A stretch of 64,000 bases of DNA from Candidatus Krumholzibacteriia bacterium (GCA_963836185.1 CAWIIQ010000001.1:1504001-1568000), one strand, 5' to 3'; shown: positions 52,516-62,552, counted from the stretch's first letter. Notes: generated by a model from the letters alone, not told the origin. A program made the numbers and translations.

Positions 52516-54243
52516 ATGCCCCGCAGAAAAGTAAAGACCGTATTCGCGGCGATCTCCCCTGTAATCGTCTTGATTGCTCTGTCGGGCGTCTTCTCAGACG
52601 CTCGCGCGAAGGAGTGGAGCGCCCGTTCGACCGGCGGGATGGTAGCGTCGGCCTGCCCTGAGGCGACAGCAGCCGGGGTACGTGTGCTTGAATCGGGCGG
52701 AAACGCCGTTGACGCGGCGATCGCCGTGGGATTCGCCCTCGCTGTCAGTTATCCATCCGCGGGTAATATCGGCGGAGGCGGATTCATGCTTGTCAGGATG
52801 GCGGGAGGCGAGAGCTCGTTCATAGATTTCAGGGAGAAGGCTCCCATGCAGGCCACCAGGGAGATGTATCTCGATGAGGCAGGAGATGCCACGGGGAATC
52901 AAAGTGTCCGGGGCCATCTCGCATCGGGAGTCCCGGGCTCAGTAGCGGGGTTCTGGATGGCCCACGGAATTTACGGGTCGAAGGGATGGGAAGAGCTTCT
53001 CGCCCCTTCGGTCGAACTCGCCGAAAAGGGCTTTGAGATAGCTCCTTACCTGGCAACCTCCCTCGGGAGACTGCACCCCCGCCTCGGCGAGTACCCCGGG
53101 CTGTCCAAATTCTTCGGTGCCGGGGGAAAGATGCCTGAATCGGGAGATATTCTCGTTCAGCCCGACCTTGCCCTGACTTTGAACCTGATAGCGGAAGAGG
53201 GTCCGGCAGGATTTTACGCCGGCAGGACAGCTAGTTTGATCGTTGAAGAGATGCGCGCTGGCGGCGGCCTGATCACCGAAGAGGACCTTGCATCTTACGA
53301 GGCGGTCAGGCGTGAGCCTGTCAGAGGGAGTTACAGGGGCTTCGAGATCCTGTCCGCTCCTCCGCCAAGTTCCGGGGGCATCGTCCTTCTGGAGATACTG
53401 AATATCCTAGAGGGATACACCATGGATGGGGGAAGGGATGTCGAGTCGATGCATCTCGTGATCGAAGCCGAGAGAAGGGCGTACGCCGACAGGGCTCGAT
53501 GGCTGGGCGACCCCGATTTTGTTCGAATGCCTGTAAATAAGCTGATATCAAAAGATTACGCGGATAATATGAGAAGTAGTATAGGTGAGGGTGCAACCTC
53601 ATCGGCCGGGCTGCCTGGCGGTGAGAGCGAAGAGACGACTCATTATTCAGTCGTCGACTCAGAGGGGAACGCGGTCGCGGTGACAACGACTCTCAACGGC
53701 TCCTACGGTTCGTATGTTGTCGTCGAGGGCGCGGGATTCCTTATGAACAACGAGATGGATGATTTCTCCATCAAGCCGGGAGTCCCGAATATGTACGGTC
53801 TCACTGGAGGTGAGGCGAACGCGATAGAGCCGGGCAAGAGGATGCTCAGTTCCATGACACCGACGATCGTCCTGCACAGCGGCGAACCCTGGCTGGTGCT
53901 CGGTTCGCCGGGCGGGTCAACGATCATAACGACCGTCGCCCAGGTTATGATGAACATCATAGATTTCGGGATGGAGCCAATGGAAGCTGTAAGCACCTGG
54001 AGGTATCATCATCAGTGGAGTCCGGATGTGGTATACTTCGAGGATGGCGCCTTCACTGCCTACGAGAGGGAAGGTCTCGAAGAAAAGGGGTATCAACTGA
54101 AAGAAAGGTCCCTGATAGGGGATGTGCAACTTATCGTCAAAGACGGATCATCCCTTACAGGAGTATCCGATCCGAGAAGAGGAGGGTCGTCCCGGGGTAC
54201 CGGAACGGCGCCGCCGGATCAAATGGAAAGGAAGGAGAACTGA
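52516..54243 (+). CDS. ggt: Gamma-glutamyltransferase
   Basis: GGNAVDAA, IGGGGF, DFRE.AP, ETTHYS (Thr nucleophile), NNEMDDF, LSSMTP, GSPGG. Confidence 0.95.
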   Translation: MPRRKVKTVFAAISPVIVLIALSGVFSDARAKEWSARSTGGMVASACPEATAAGVRVLESGGNAVDAAIAVGFALAVSYPSAGNIGGGGFMLVRMAGGESSFIDFREKAPMQATREMYLDEAGDATGNQSVRGHLASGVPGSVAGFWMAHGIYGSKGWEELLAPSVELAEKGFEIAPYLATSLGRLHPRLGEYPGLSKFFGAGGKMPESGDILVQPDLALTLNLIAEEGPAGFYAGRTASLIVEEMRAGGGLITEEDLASYEAVRREPVRGSYRGFEILSAPPPSSGGIVLLEILNILEGYTMDGGRDVESMHLVIEAERRAYADRARWLGDPDFVRMPVNKLISKDYADNMRSSIGEGATSSAGLPGGESEETTHYSVVDSEGNAVAVTTTLNGSYGSYVVVEGAGFLMNNEMDDFSIKPGVPNMYGLTGGEANAIEPGKRMLSSMTPTIVLHSGEPWLVLGSPGGSTIITTVAQVMMNIIDFGMEPMEAVSTWRYHHQWSPDVVYFEDGAFTAYEREGLEEKGYQLKERSLIGDVQLIVKDGSSLTGVSDPRRGGSSRGTGTAPPDQMERKEN

Positions 54244-54244
54244 C

Positions 54245-55021
54245 ATGAGAAGAGCGGTACTGTCATTAACGGCGGTCTGCCTGCTGGCTCTGGTGATCAT
54301 CGCGAGTATGCCGGGCCGCGCATCAGCCCAGATGGATCCCTACGAACTGCAGGCTGCGTTCGGGCGTTTCCCGTTCGCGAAGGTGATCCCCCTAGACGGC
54401 GGAAACGCGTGGGGCCTTATCTATGCGGATGTATACGGGAAGGTTTACCTCAAGAGGGCTTCAAGCAGGGGCTGGAAGAGGGAATTCGAGATCACCAACC
54501 TCGGGGCCAAAGTAAAGAAGTACCAGATCCTCGATATCGACAGTGACGGGGTCCTCGAACTCCTGATAGCGACTATGGCCGGGCAGATACTCATCTACAG
54601 CCTCGACGATTACACGAATACCTGGGAAAACATAGAAGACAACTTCAAGAGCATAGAGGCCTTCGATGCCGTGGATATAGACCGTGATCCCCAGGTGGAA
54701 TTCATCGTCCTCGCTGAAGGAAGGATCTATATCATCGATTCGCTCGACAAGAGCCGCCAGTGGATAAGCGAACGTCAGTTCAACGCCACGGAGCTGATCG
54801 TCGCGAATGTGGACAATGACGAGCAGAAAGAGATAATACTCAATACAGGCATCGTCCTCGACACCAAGTTCTTTATAATCGACCTGGAGTGGGACAAGGC
54901 CTTCGGCGAACGGATAAGCACATTTGATATCAACAATGACGGGATTCCGGAGGTAATAGGCGAATTCCCCGACTATTCCCTGAGGATATTCGATGTATAT
55001 GCCCAGAGAGAGGTCTGGTAG
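54245..55021 (+). CDS. Secreted FG-GAP/VCBS-repeat protein
   Basis: Signal peptide; DIDSDG..E, DIDRD..E, NVDND..E, DINNDG.PE repeats. Confidence 0.75.
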   Translation: MRRAVLSLTAVCLLALVIIASMPGRASAQMDPYELQAAFGRFPFAKVIPLDGGNAWGLIYADVYGKVYLKRASSRGWKREFEITNLGAKVKKYQILDIDSDGVLELLIATMAGQILIYSLDDYTNTWENIEDNFKSIEAFDAVDIDRDPQVEFIVLAEGRIYIIDSLDKSRQWISERQFNATELIVANVDNDEQKEIILNTGIVLDTKFFIIDLEWDKAFGERISTFDINNDGIPEVIGEFPDYSLRIFDVYAQREVW

Positions 55022-55131
55022 GTACTATTACTCAAAAAAAATCATTTTCAACCAGACTCTGGTGTGTTATAATCCAGCCCGCAACAGTAAACAGAGATTC
55101 AAGCTGCAACAGTTTCTCAAGGAGGGTGGCT

Positions 55132-55839
55132 TTGACAAGAAAGCTAGAGCTTGGGGCGGCGGGGTTATTGCTGGTTCTCTTTTCCATGACAGTTCCTGCG
55201 AACGCGGCGATGCTGATAGAGTCATTCGCGCTCAGCGGCAACGGATCGTTCATGGCCAGCCCGCCCGTCTTCAGCGGAAACATCATCGCGGGAACTCTTT
55301 CCCCCGGCACATTCTGGTTCAGACTTGACGATACGGGATGGGCTACAGATGATCCCGGAACGTCGAACAATGAACGATGGGACTTCATCTTCAGTAACTA
55401 TTTCCAGTACGATCCTACTCCTGGAGCGGAAGGATGGGATGGCAGGTTCCCTTCGACACTGGTCGGCGACTACGCGCCTCAGTGGCGCTTCTACACCGCG
55501 GCGGGCGATACCTGCGGCGGTCTGGCGACGAGCTTCACCGTTACGATCAGGGACTACAACGCGAACGGCATCATGGAAGACAACGAGTATATCAACAAGG
55601 TGTTCTCGATTGGACTCTTCTGCTACATCAACTTCGGAACTGGAGAGTTCCTGAGTTACTGCGGACAGGGAAACTGTTCTGGCACTCTCGATCTCCTCGA
55701 TGAGGCCACCGGGGACGAAGAATTCTACGTACCCTCGGAGGCATCGGCTTCAGGAAGGCTCTATCTCAGCGATACTAACTGCGTTACCGGAACGGACGAG
55801 AGCAGCTGGGGCAAGATCAAGAAGATACACAGTAACTGA
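55132..55839 (+). CDS. Secreted hypothetical protein with C-terminal SWxxIK tail (paralog A)
   Basis: TTG (or GTG 55126) after GGAGG; signal peptide ending ANA; ends GTDESSWGKIKKIHSN. Confidence 0.75.
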   Translation: MTRKLELGAAGLLLVLFSMTVPANAAMLIESFALSGNGSFMASPPVFSGNIIAGTLSPGTFWFRLDDTGWATDDPGTSNNERWDFIFSNYFQYDPTPGAEGWDGRFPSTLVGDYAPQWRFYTAAGDTCGGLATSFTVTIRDYNANGIMEDNEYINKVFSIGLFCYINFGTGEFLSYCGQGNCSGTLDLLDEATGDEEFYVPSEASASGRLYLSDTNCVTGTDESSWGKIKKIHSN

Positions 55840-55871
55840 TATTCCTGAAGTTGAAAGGGAGGGATCCTGAG

Positions 55872-56546
55872 ATGAAATTCAAAGCTATACCGGTGCTCAT
55901 CCTTGCGACGGCTATGCTGATTTGCGCAGGGAGTGTTCGAGCACAGTTCCCCGATACTCTGTTCCTCGAATTTGACTTCGAGGGATTCGGCAATCTCGTG
56001 ATGACTTCCCCGCCAGTCTATTCGGGTGATGTCGTCTCGGGTGATTCACGGATTGTCGGTGCTACCTGGAGTATACAGATCGACGATACAGGCTGGCCTC
56101 CGGTCAGCGACCCTGCAGCCAGGTGGAACTACATATTCAATACGTTTTTCCAGTACAACTCCTCGTACTACTTCTGGACGGCTGTTTTCGACCAGAACAA
56201 TCTTCCCGCAAAACCTGAATGGGTGATCGATCACCCGGTCAACGGGATGATGAGCGGCAACCTTGTCGTTTCGTCCACTTTCAACGATTCGGACATGGAT
56301 GGTGTCTTCGATGTCGAAGAGAGGATGTTCGGCACATTCGAGGGTAACCTGATGGTCATGAAATTCGGCACCGGCCAGTTCGCCAAGTACTGTGGCGATG
56401 GTTCTTACAACGGCGCCGCGTTCAACGAGGACCCGGGCAACTGGATGGACGACTTTGTAACGGGGCACTGCCTCCTCGATCTGATAAATTGCCAGATCGG
56501 TACAGAGGAACAGAGCTGGAGCTATATAAAGAGGATCCACCACTAG
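55872..56546 (+). CDS. Secreted hypothetical protein with C-terminal SWxxIK tail (paralog B)
   Basis: Signal peptide ending VRA; ends GTEEQSWSYIKRIHH; colinear similarity to paralog A. Confidence 0.75.
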   Translation: MKFKAIPVLILATAMLICAGSVRAQFPDTLFLEFDFEGFGNLVMTSPPVYSGDVVSGDSRIVGATWSIQIDDTGWPPVSDPAARWNYIFNTFFQYNSSYYFWTAVFDQNNLPAKPEWVIDHPVNGMMSGNLVVSSTFNDSDMDGVFDVEERMFGTFEGNLMVMKFGTGQFAKYCGDGSYNGAAFNEDPGNWMDDFVTGHCLLDLINCQIGTEEQSWSYIKRIHH

Positions 56547-56552
56547 GCAGGA

Positions 56553-57221
56553 TCATCGCGGTCGAAAACCGATAGTTACGCGTACCCACATCGCTGTGGG
56601 TACGCCTTTTATTTCGCCCGGTATGAACTTGTAACTGCGGGCCGCTTCCATGACGGTGCGGTTGAGAGATTCCTGCTTCATCCCCCTGGCCAGTTTGATA
56701 TCTTCTACCTCTCCCTGTACATTTACGAAAAGGAGCAATTCGACTCCGCCGTCGATATCTCCATCTATATTGTCCGGAATCGTCGGGAGAGAGATGTTGA
56801 GCGGTTTCGGCGGGATAGTGGTGCGTCTCGGTCCGGGTTTTCCATTACTGCCTCCGCTACGGCCTCCGCTGGTTATCGGATCTATCGTCAGCGCCGGTTC
56901 TCCGAGTTCGTCGATGACAGATCTTTCGTGTTCCTCCTCGACCATTTCTACGGGCTGTTCCTCGACGACCACAGCCTGTGGAAAGTCCGGATAGGGCACG
57001 AGAGAGAAGGGCCTGTCGATATAGAAAAATTCGGAAGTTCCTTCCTCGCCGGGTGTTTCCGTGCGGAAGACCTCAAGGTATTCAAGCTTGAAAAAGATAA
57101 AAACCGCAAGGTGGACGAGAAGGGTCGCGGCGACAATTAGAAGCCAGCCTTTTCTGCTTCTTCCGCGATTGCGGAGAAATCCCTTTTGAGCTCGAGGAAC
57201 TGTGGTGTCAGGACTGGACAT
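56553..57221 (-). CDS. Energy transducer TonB family protein
   Basis: N-terminal TM with HLA, acidic/Pro linker, GGVELLLFVNVQGEV..AARSYKFIPG..V.IGF. Confidence 0.8.
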   Translation of the reverse strand: MSSPDTTVPRAQKGFLRNRGRSRKGWLLIVAATLLVHLAVFIFFKLEYLEVFRTETPGEEGTSEFFYIDRPFSLVPYPDFPQAVVVEEQPVEMVEEEHERSVIDELGEPALTIDPITSGGRSGGSNGKPGPRRTTIPPKPLNISLPTIPDNIDGDIDGGVELLLFVNVQGEVEDIKLARGMKQESLNRTVMEAARSYKFIPGEIKGVPTAMWVRVTIGFRPR

Positions 57222-57324
57222 GATCCTTCTTTTCAGGATAATCCAATTTTTCAGTTATCATTATCACACCTATTAGTATATTATTTCGAGGGAATAGTGG
57301 CAAGAAACCACGGCGGCTGAATAT

Positions 57325-57957
57325 ATGAGAAAGATCGAGCGCAGAGATCTGACTGTGCCAAATGTACTGACGGTCCTGAGAGTGCTTATGGCTCTGACGG
57401 CTGCCGTACTGCTCGTCTCCGGGAACGGCCACAAGACACTTGCCGCGGCGATACTGCTCGTCGCCATGCTTCTTGATTACTTTGACGGGTGGTACGCCAG
57501 GAGATTTCACCAGACTACCAGCCTTGGAGCCCATCTAGACCCGTTTGCCGACAAGGTGATGATAGCGGTCATATTTATCACACTCATGCTCGAGTTCCGT
57601 ACCCCATGGTTCAGCCTCTTCGTCTGCGTGATCCTCGTGAGGGAACTTATGATAACGATTTTCAGATGGAGGGTTCACGAAAAGTCGGGGACACTCGTTC
57701 CCGCGAGCCCCCTCGGGAAAGTAAAAACAGTCGTACAATGTATTGTGGGCGGCGCGATGATTTTCTATATTTACATATATCCCGGTACTGTGCCGGAAGG
57801 CCGCCAACTGATATTCATCGCTATGCTGGTGACGACTGTCATCACGGTTGATTCGGGTCTTCGCTATCTCCTTCCGAGCTGCAGTGACGGGAAGAAAAGG
57901 TCGGTGATGGAACGCCTGATTCAGGGAGGTCTGCTCTGGACATCTATGAAGCGATAA
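57325..57957 (+). CDS. CDP-alcohol phosphatidyltransferase (PgsA-like)
   Basis: PNVLT.LR, DYFDGWYAR..GAHLDPFADK, RE, GKVKT. Confidence 0.9.
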   Translation: MRKIERRDLTVPNVLTVLRVLMALTAAVLLVSGNGHKTLAAAILLVAMLLDYFDGWYARRFHQTTSLGAHLDPFADKVMIAVIFITLMLEFRTPWFSLFVCVILVRELMITIFRWRVHEKSGTLVPASPLGKVKTVVQCIVGGAMIFYIYIYPGTVPEGRQLIFIAMLVTTVITVDSGLRYLLPSCSDGKKRSVMERLIQGGLLWTSMKR

Positions 57958-58457
57958 GGAACCGGGTCAGCACAAGGGCATATCTGCCCGATCCAGTGGA
58001 AAATGAAAAGCTGGACAGGATACTCGAAGCGGCCAGGCTAGCTCCGTCGGGGAAGAACGGTCAACCCTGGACGTTTATTGTGATCACAGACACTGATACG
58101 CGCGAAAGACTCGTACCCGCCTGCAAGAACCAGAAGTTCATAGCTGAGGCCCCCATCGTAGTAGCGGTATGCGGCCGTGAAGAACTCGCGTACGAGAAGA
58201 TGGGCGGTTACTGGAACAGCCTGCCTGTTGATATCGGGATAGCGCTGGAGCATCTCATGCTGGCAGCTGAAGCTGAAGGGCTGGGAACGTGCTGGATAGG
58301 CGCCTTTCTGGAGGAAGATGTACGCGATATCCTCGGCGTGCCGGAGGATGTAAAGATCCTCGCGCTGACGCCGGTCGGCTATCCCGCATCGGACAAGGTG
58401 TTCCGAAAGAGAAAGATGCTGGAAGAGATAGTGATGAGGGAGAGGTGGGAAGAATGA
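57936..58457 (+). CDS. Nitroreductase family protein; probable CTG start
   Basis: (L)DIYEAIRNRVSTRAY, APSGKNGQPW, GLGTCWIG, PVGYP; GGAGGT at 57925-57930. Confidence 0.88.
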   Translation: MDIYEAIRNRVSTRAYLPDPVENEKLDRILEAARLAPSGKNGQPWTFIVITDTDTRERLVPACKNQKFIAEAPIVVAVCGREELAYEKMGGYWNSLPVDIGIALEHLMLAAEAEGLGTCWIGAFLEEDVRDILGVPEDVKILALTPVGYPASDKVFRKRKMLEEIVMRERWEE

Positions 58458-58858
58458 AGGTGAGGAGATATCTCAGGACGACACTTATACTGCTGATGAC
58501 CGGCACCTTCGTATCCGCGAGCCAGGCAGCTCTATCGAGGCCGGGGAGCGCGGAGGAAGAGGGATCGGGCGAGAGCTGTTTTACTGAATCCGGAATGCTC
58601 GATCTTTCAGAGATGACAATCGGCCCCGGCGCTTTTACCCCCGCCGCGGCTGATACTCTCGAGACCTACGAGATAGAGCTCGAGGATGAAGGGAAAAAGG
58701 GAGTCAACTACAAGGCCATCGTCGGATTAGTCATAGCGGCAGCTTTTATCGGATATGCGATATACGTTTTGATCGTTCCCGATGAGGAGGAGGAACCTGA
58801 GGATATTCCCGGGAAGGAACCTCCCGTTGCACTTATCACGATCCCGTTCGGGGGATGA
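58454..58858 (+). CDS. Hypothetical exported/membrane protein
   Basis: ATGA overlap with nitroreductase; signal peptide, one hydrophobic helix, ends ITIPFGG. Confidence 0.65.
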   Translation: MKVRRYLRTTLILLMTGTFVSASQAALSRPGSAEEEGSGESCFTESGMLDLSEMTIGPGAFTPAAADTLETYEIELEDEGKKGVNYKAIVGLVIAAAFIGYAIYVLIVPDEEEEPEDIPGKEPPVALITIPFGG

Positions 58859-60848
58859 TCGCGAAAGGTCTTTCCCCTGAAACTTTGAATCCCGCCACCA
58901 GGTCCTCTATCTCCAGGATGAGCAGGTACCTTCCGGGCTCGAGCGAAGCGGCGTCGAGCATGAGATCGTCGCTTGTCGAACGTTCCGATGTCATCTGTTC
59001 GATAGAGCTGGATATATAGACTCGCGGCCCGGGCTTTGAACCCCTGACACTGGCGGTGATCCAGTCCCACGTCCCGGATGGTCCTTCCGTTTCATCGTTT
59101 GAAGTCACACTCCATGTCATCCTGTATCTGGCGATGTTTTCCGTATTCCTCCTGAGATTATAGATCTCATACGAGACACATAGCGCTGATCCGGCCGCAT
59201 ATGAAGGAAGCGGGTCCATCAGGTCCGTGCATACGCCTTCCTCGTCACGAAGAGAGAGCCTCAGGCCGCTGAGGGAGAGATTGTTTCCGCCTAGATCGCG
59301 AATGGTAAGCGGGTTTCTGCGCACAGCCCTGCCCGGAGGCTTTCCACCGGTGATCTCCACTGCGAAGCTGCTTTGGAGTTGAAGAGGCGGCAGTTCCATC
59401 GTGAACGGAAATAGACGCCAGTATACGGAGGATTTCTTGAAATGCCGCAGTGTATCGGGATCGAATGATCTGCTCTCGGAAAGAAATACCTTCCAGTCGT
59501 TATCGAAAAGGGTGAAATCCAGATTGTATGATCCAGCTCCCGAAGCGATCAGGGAGTCGGGCAGTGCCACGGCGAAATCAACGCGTGTTTTGTCCCCTGA
59601 TCCCCTGAACTGAACGTTCTCGATCACGAGCGGGATATGTGTGTAATCGACCGGGTAAGTATACATCTGCTGTACGCTCTGGAGTATCCCCTCGGTGATC
59701 ATCGCGTAGTCATAGAACTTGCGGTCGATAGGGATGTGATAGTTGCCGTTGAGAAATTCGTCCTGAAAGTAGAGCATGAACATCTTGTCGCCCTGAAGAT
59801 ATGTCCAGACGACGAACGGGCCGTCGACTCCCGATCCTATCTTGAGAAGGAGGAGTGGCGGAAGGCCGTAGCTGACAAGAGCCCTGCCGCGTGCGGTCTG
59901 GACGCCTTCGAGGCCGAGCCTTCTGTCTGTCAGCAGCTCCGTGCACAGAAATACTCTCTTGTAATGTTCCAGTCTGCGTTCATTGACTATCGTGGCGGGT
60001 GTCGGATCATTCATTATCCAGAACTTGCGGTTGAATTCGTTGCGGTTCCTCTCATCCAGATTCAGATAAGTATATCGTTCCTCCATCGGCAGCAGGAGGC
60101 TGACATCTTCATACATATACCTGGTGTCCGCATCCATCATGACGAGGGCGGAATCGAATCCGGAGCAGGCCGCGTCAAACCTGTTTCTCTCGAGATCCAC
60201 GGATGACGAGAGAAGTCTGAATCTGTATGATCCCGGATGATGAGCTTCTCCAGCCCTGGCGCAGCGCACACATACATCGAAACGTTCCCTGAGATATTGA
60301 AGAAGTCCGAGATCGAAAAGTGTCTCCTGGTGGTCCCCGCGAATATTGTTCGCCCTGCCGAAACACCTGATCGCGTTATCCAGGTGTTTCTCTGAACACA
60401 TATTCCTCAGATAGAGGTCCTTCTCGATCCTCCCCTTGTGGAACCAGGCCTGGAAACAACCAGGGTCCAGTTCTATCGCCTTATCAAGTGACGCGACTGC
60501 GGATCCCGTAAACTGTCTCGCATACTGAGTCAGACCCATTTCGACATGATAGGAGGGATTCTCCGGGTCCAGCTCAAGGGCCTTTTCTATCGCCTGAAGA
60601 GAGAGGAGCCTCGATTCCGGCGTACCCACGGCACGATAACAGACAGCGAGTCTCCTGTATGCCTCAGGAGCGTCAGGGTCGCTGCGTATCTGCGTCCGCA
60701 GGGCCTTGATCGTGTCATCTGCGCACTCTCTCAGCGTGATATCGCCGCAATCGATGAAATCCTCATCGAGAGTCGGTGGATGCATTCCCGAGCATGATAC
60801 AGCAAGAAAGATTGCAGGTGCGGCGACAGTCAGAAGGAGCCTGAGCAA
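58836..60848 (-). CDS. TPR plus GWxTD-domain lipoprotein
   Basis: LAVSC lipobox-like; TPRs; FW..NDPTPAT.VNE...EHY.R...G.QTARGR..V.YG.P. Confidence 0.8.
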   Translation of the reverse strand: MLRLLLTVAAPAIFLAVSCSGMHPPTLDEDFIDCGDITLRECADDTIKALRTQIRSDPDAPEAYRRLAVCYRAVGTPESRLLSLQAIEKALELDPENPSYHVEMGLTQYARQFTGSAVASLDKAIELDPGCFQAWFHKGRIEKDLYLRNMCSEKHLDNAIRCFGRANNIRGDHQETLFDLGLLQYLRERFDVCVRCARAGEAHHPGSYRFRLLSSSVDLERNRFDAACSGFDSALVMMDADTRYMYEDVSLLLPMEERYTYLNLDERNRNEFNRKFWIMNDPTPATIVNERRLEHYKRVFLCTELLTDRRLGLEGVQTARGRALVSYGLPPLLLLKIGSGVDGPFVVWTYLQGDKMFMLYFQDEFLNGNYHIPIDRKFYDYAMITEGILQSVQQMYTYPVDYTHIPLVIENVQFRGSGDKTRVDFAVALPDSLIASGAGSYNLDFTLFDNDWKVFLSESRSFDPDTLRHFKKSSVYWRLFPFTMELPPLQLQSSFAVEITGGKPPGRAVRRNPLTIRDLGGNNLSLSGLRLSLRDEEGVCTDLMDPLPSYAAGSALCVSYEIYNLRRNTENIARYRMTWSVTSNDETEGPSGTWDWITASVRGSKPGPRVYISSSIEQMTSERSTSDDLMLDAASLEPGRYLLILEIEDLVAGFKVSGERPFAIIPRTGS

Positions 60849-61020
60849 CGGGATACCTCCATGGCGGGCTTCGGGAACACTTTAAATATTATATCACAAC
60901 ATGTTAGAGGTCAAGAAACCCATCCTTCGATCCTGTGGGCCTGCCAGTGCGGAGAGGAACGATAATTGCTTCAAAATCATCGGAATATTGCGTTTTGAAA
61001 TGGTTCAGGAGCTCTTTCAG

Positions 61021-62481
61021 ATGACGGAAACGCTGCTTGAAACACTACCGGCCGGATTCAGGAAACTGGAGGCCGCTGTTCACAGCCTCGCAAGGCTGCT
61101 GATGCAGAGGAATCTTTTTCCAGATACCCACCCGTCTGTCAGGAATGCCCTGGGAAGTTTTATGGAGTCCCTGGCATCACTGATCGACAGCAGGGCATCC
61201 GTGGTCCTCAAGACCGGCGGAGGTTCGATAAGACTCCTTAACTTCGAAGTGGATATTACCGATACGAACGACAACGCAGTTCACTTTCTCCGTAGAGCTC
61301 TTGAAAGCCTGTCTATTGGAGAGATCGAGTTTATGGCCGGGACAGAAAAGGACGAGGTCCTTGCCTTTGTCGAGATCGCGGCGGCGAGTATACGCAGAGA
61401 CAAGACACTCGACCTGCCGGCGATATGGCGCCGTATCGAGAGGATAAGGATAAGGCATTCCACTGAAGGATCGGATATCGCGGGCTCCAGGGAGATCATT
61501 CCCGTACCGGTTAAAAAGAATGAGGATGATCAAGGCTATCAGCCGGATACGAGGGAAGAGAGCGCGGCAGCCAGGATGATAAGCGGAGTACTCGGAAAGC
61601 TTGCCAAGATCAGTTCTGATGAAAGCGGAAAAGCCGGAAGGATGATAATCCGGACCGTGGACAGTGAGGGAGGCAACAGCACGACATTCCTCCTTCTAAA
61701 ATCTCTCAAGGAGTATGACGACTATACCTTTGATCATTCTATCAATGTCGCCGTGATATCGGCGGCTATAGCGCGGCGCATCGGATATAGCGACGAGGAG
61801 ATCGGCCGTATAGGAACGGCGGCTATCCTGCATGACATCGGAAAACTTTACGTTCCGCGCGAGATAATACACAAGGCCGGAAGACTGACTCCGGCTGAAT
61901 GGCAGAAAGTAAAACGTCACCCGGTCGACGGAGAAAAAATACTCCGGGATGAGGGGATGGACCTTCTGGCACGCAGGGTCGCGTATGAGCATCACATGCG
62001 TTACGACGCAAAGGGTTACCCGAGGCCCAAGGAGGGTGAGAAATGTCTCGAAGCGAGCGATATCGTGAGAATCGCTGACACGTACGACGCTTTGACGACA
62101 AGACGCCCATACAGGAAACAGATCAGTCCGTTCGAGGCTTTGAAGCTGATGGAGAAAGGCAAGGGCAGCGAGTTCCATCCCGTTTACTTCGATGTCTTCC
62201 TTGGAGTGATGGGAAACGTTCCGATAGGGAGCGTTCTTGTCCTCGAGAGTGGAGAAAGGGTCCTCGTAGTCGAGGTCGGTGCTGACGGGAAACTGCCGAG
62301 GGCGAGGATCATTTCTGACAGCTATGGAAACGAGATCTCGGATGGACCAGTCATAGATCTCGGCGAAAGCGATCCCGAGACGGGAGCATCCCGGTACAAG
62401 GTGCACAGCGTCTCGGACACCCCCGTGAGGGACGTCGACATAGGCAAGTATGTCACGGGAAATACTGGAGGATCCTCTTAA
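61021..62481 (+). CDS. HD-GYP domain protein (cyclic-di-nucleotide phosphodiesterase family)
   Basis: YTFDHSINV, LHDIGK, HP, HH...D..GYP, ADTYDAL..RPYRK. Confidence 0.88.
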   Translation: MTETLLETLPAGFRKLEAAVHSLARLLMQRNLFPDTHPSVRNALGSFMESLASLIDSRASVVLKTGGGSIRLLNFEVDITDTNDNAVHFLRRALESLSIGEIEFMAGTEKDEVLAFVEIAAASIRRDKTLDLPAIWRRIERIRIRHSTEGSDIAGSREIIPVPVKKNEDDQGYQPDTREESAAARMISGVLGKLAKISSDESGKAGRMIIRTVDSEGGNSTTFLLLKSLKEYDDYTFDHSINVAVISAAIARRIGYSDEEIGRIGTAAILHDIGKLYVPREIIHKAGRLTPAEWQKVKRHPVDGEKILRDEGMDLLARRVAYEHHMRYDAKGYPRPKEGEKCLEASDIVRIADTYDALTTRRPYRKQISPFEALKLMEKGKGSEFHPVYFDVFLGVMGNVPIGSVLVLESGERVLVVEVGADGKLPRARIISDSYGNEISDGPVIDLGESDPETGASRYKVHSVSDTPVRDVDIGKYVTGNTGGSS

Positions 62482-62487
62482 TAAAAA

Positions 62488-62528
62488 GCCCAGGACGATC
62501 ATCCCCACGTGCGATGATCATCCCGGGC
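62488..62528. terminator. Hairpin between convergent genes
   Basis: GCCCAGGACGATCATC..GATGATCATCCCGGGC, 14/16 inverted repeat. Confidence 0.55.
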
Positions 62529-62552
62529 GTCATCCCATCGATCTGCCGGGCG

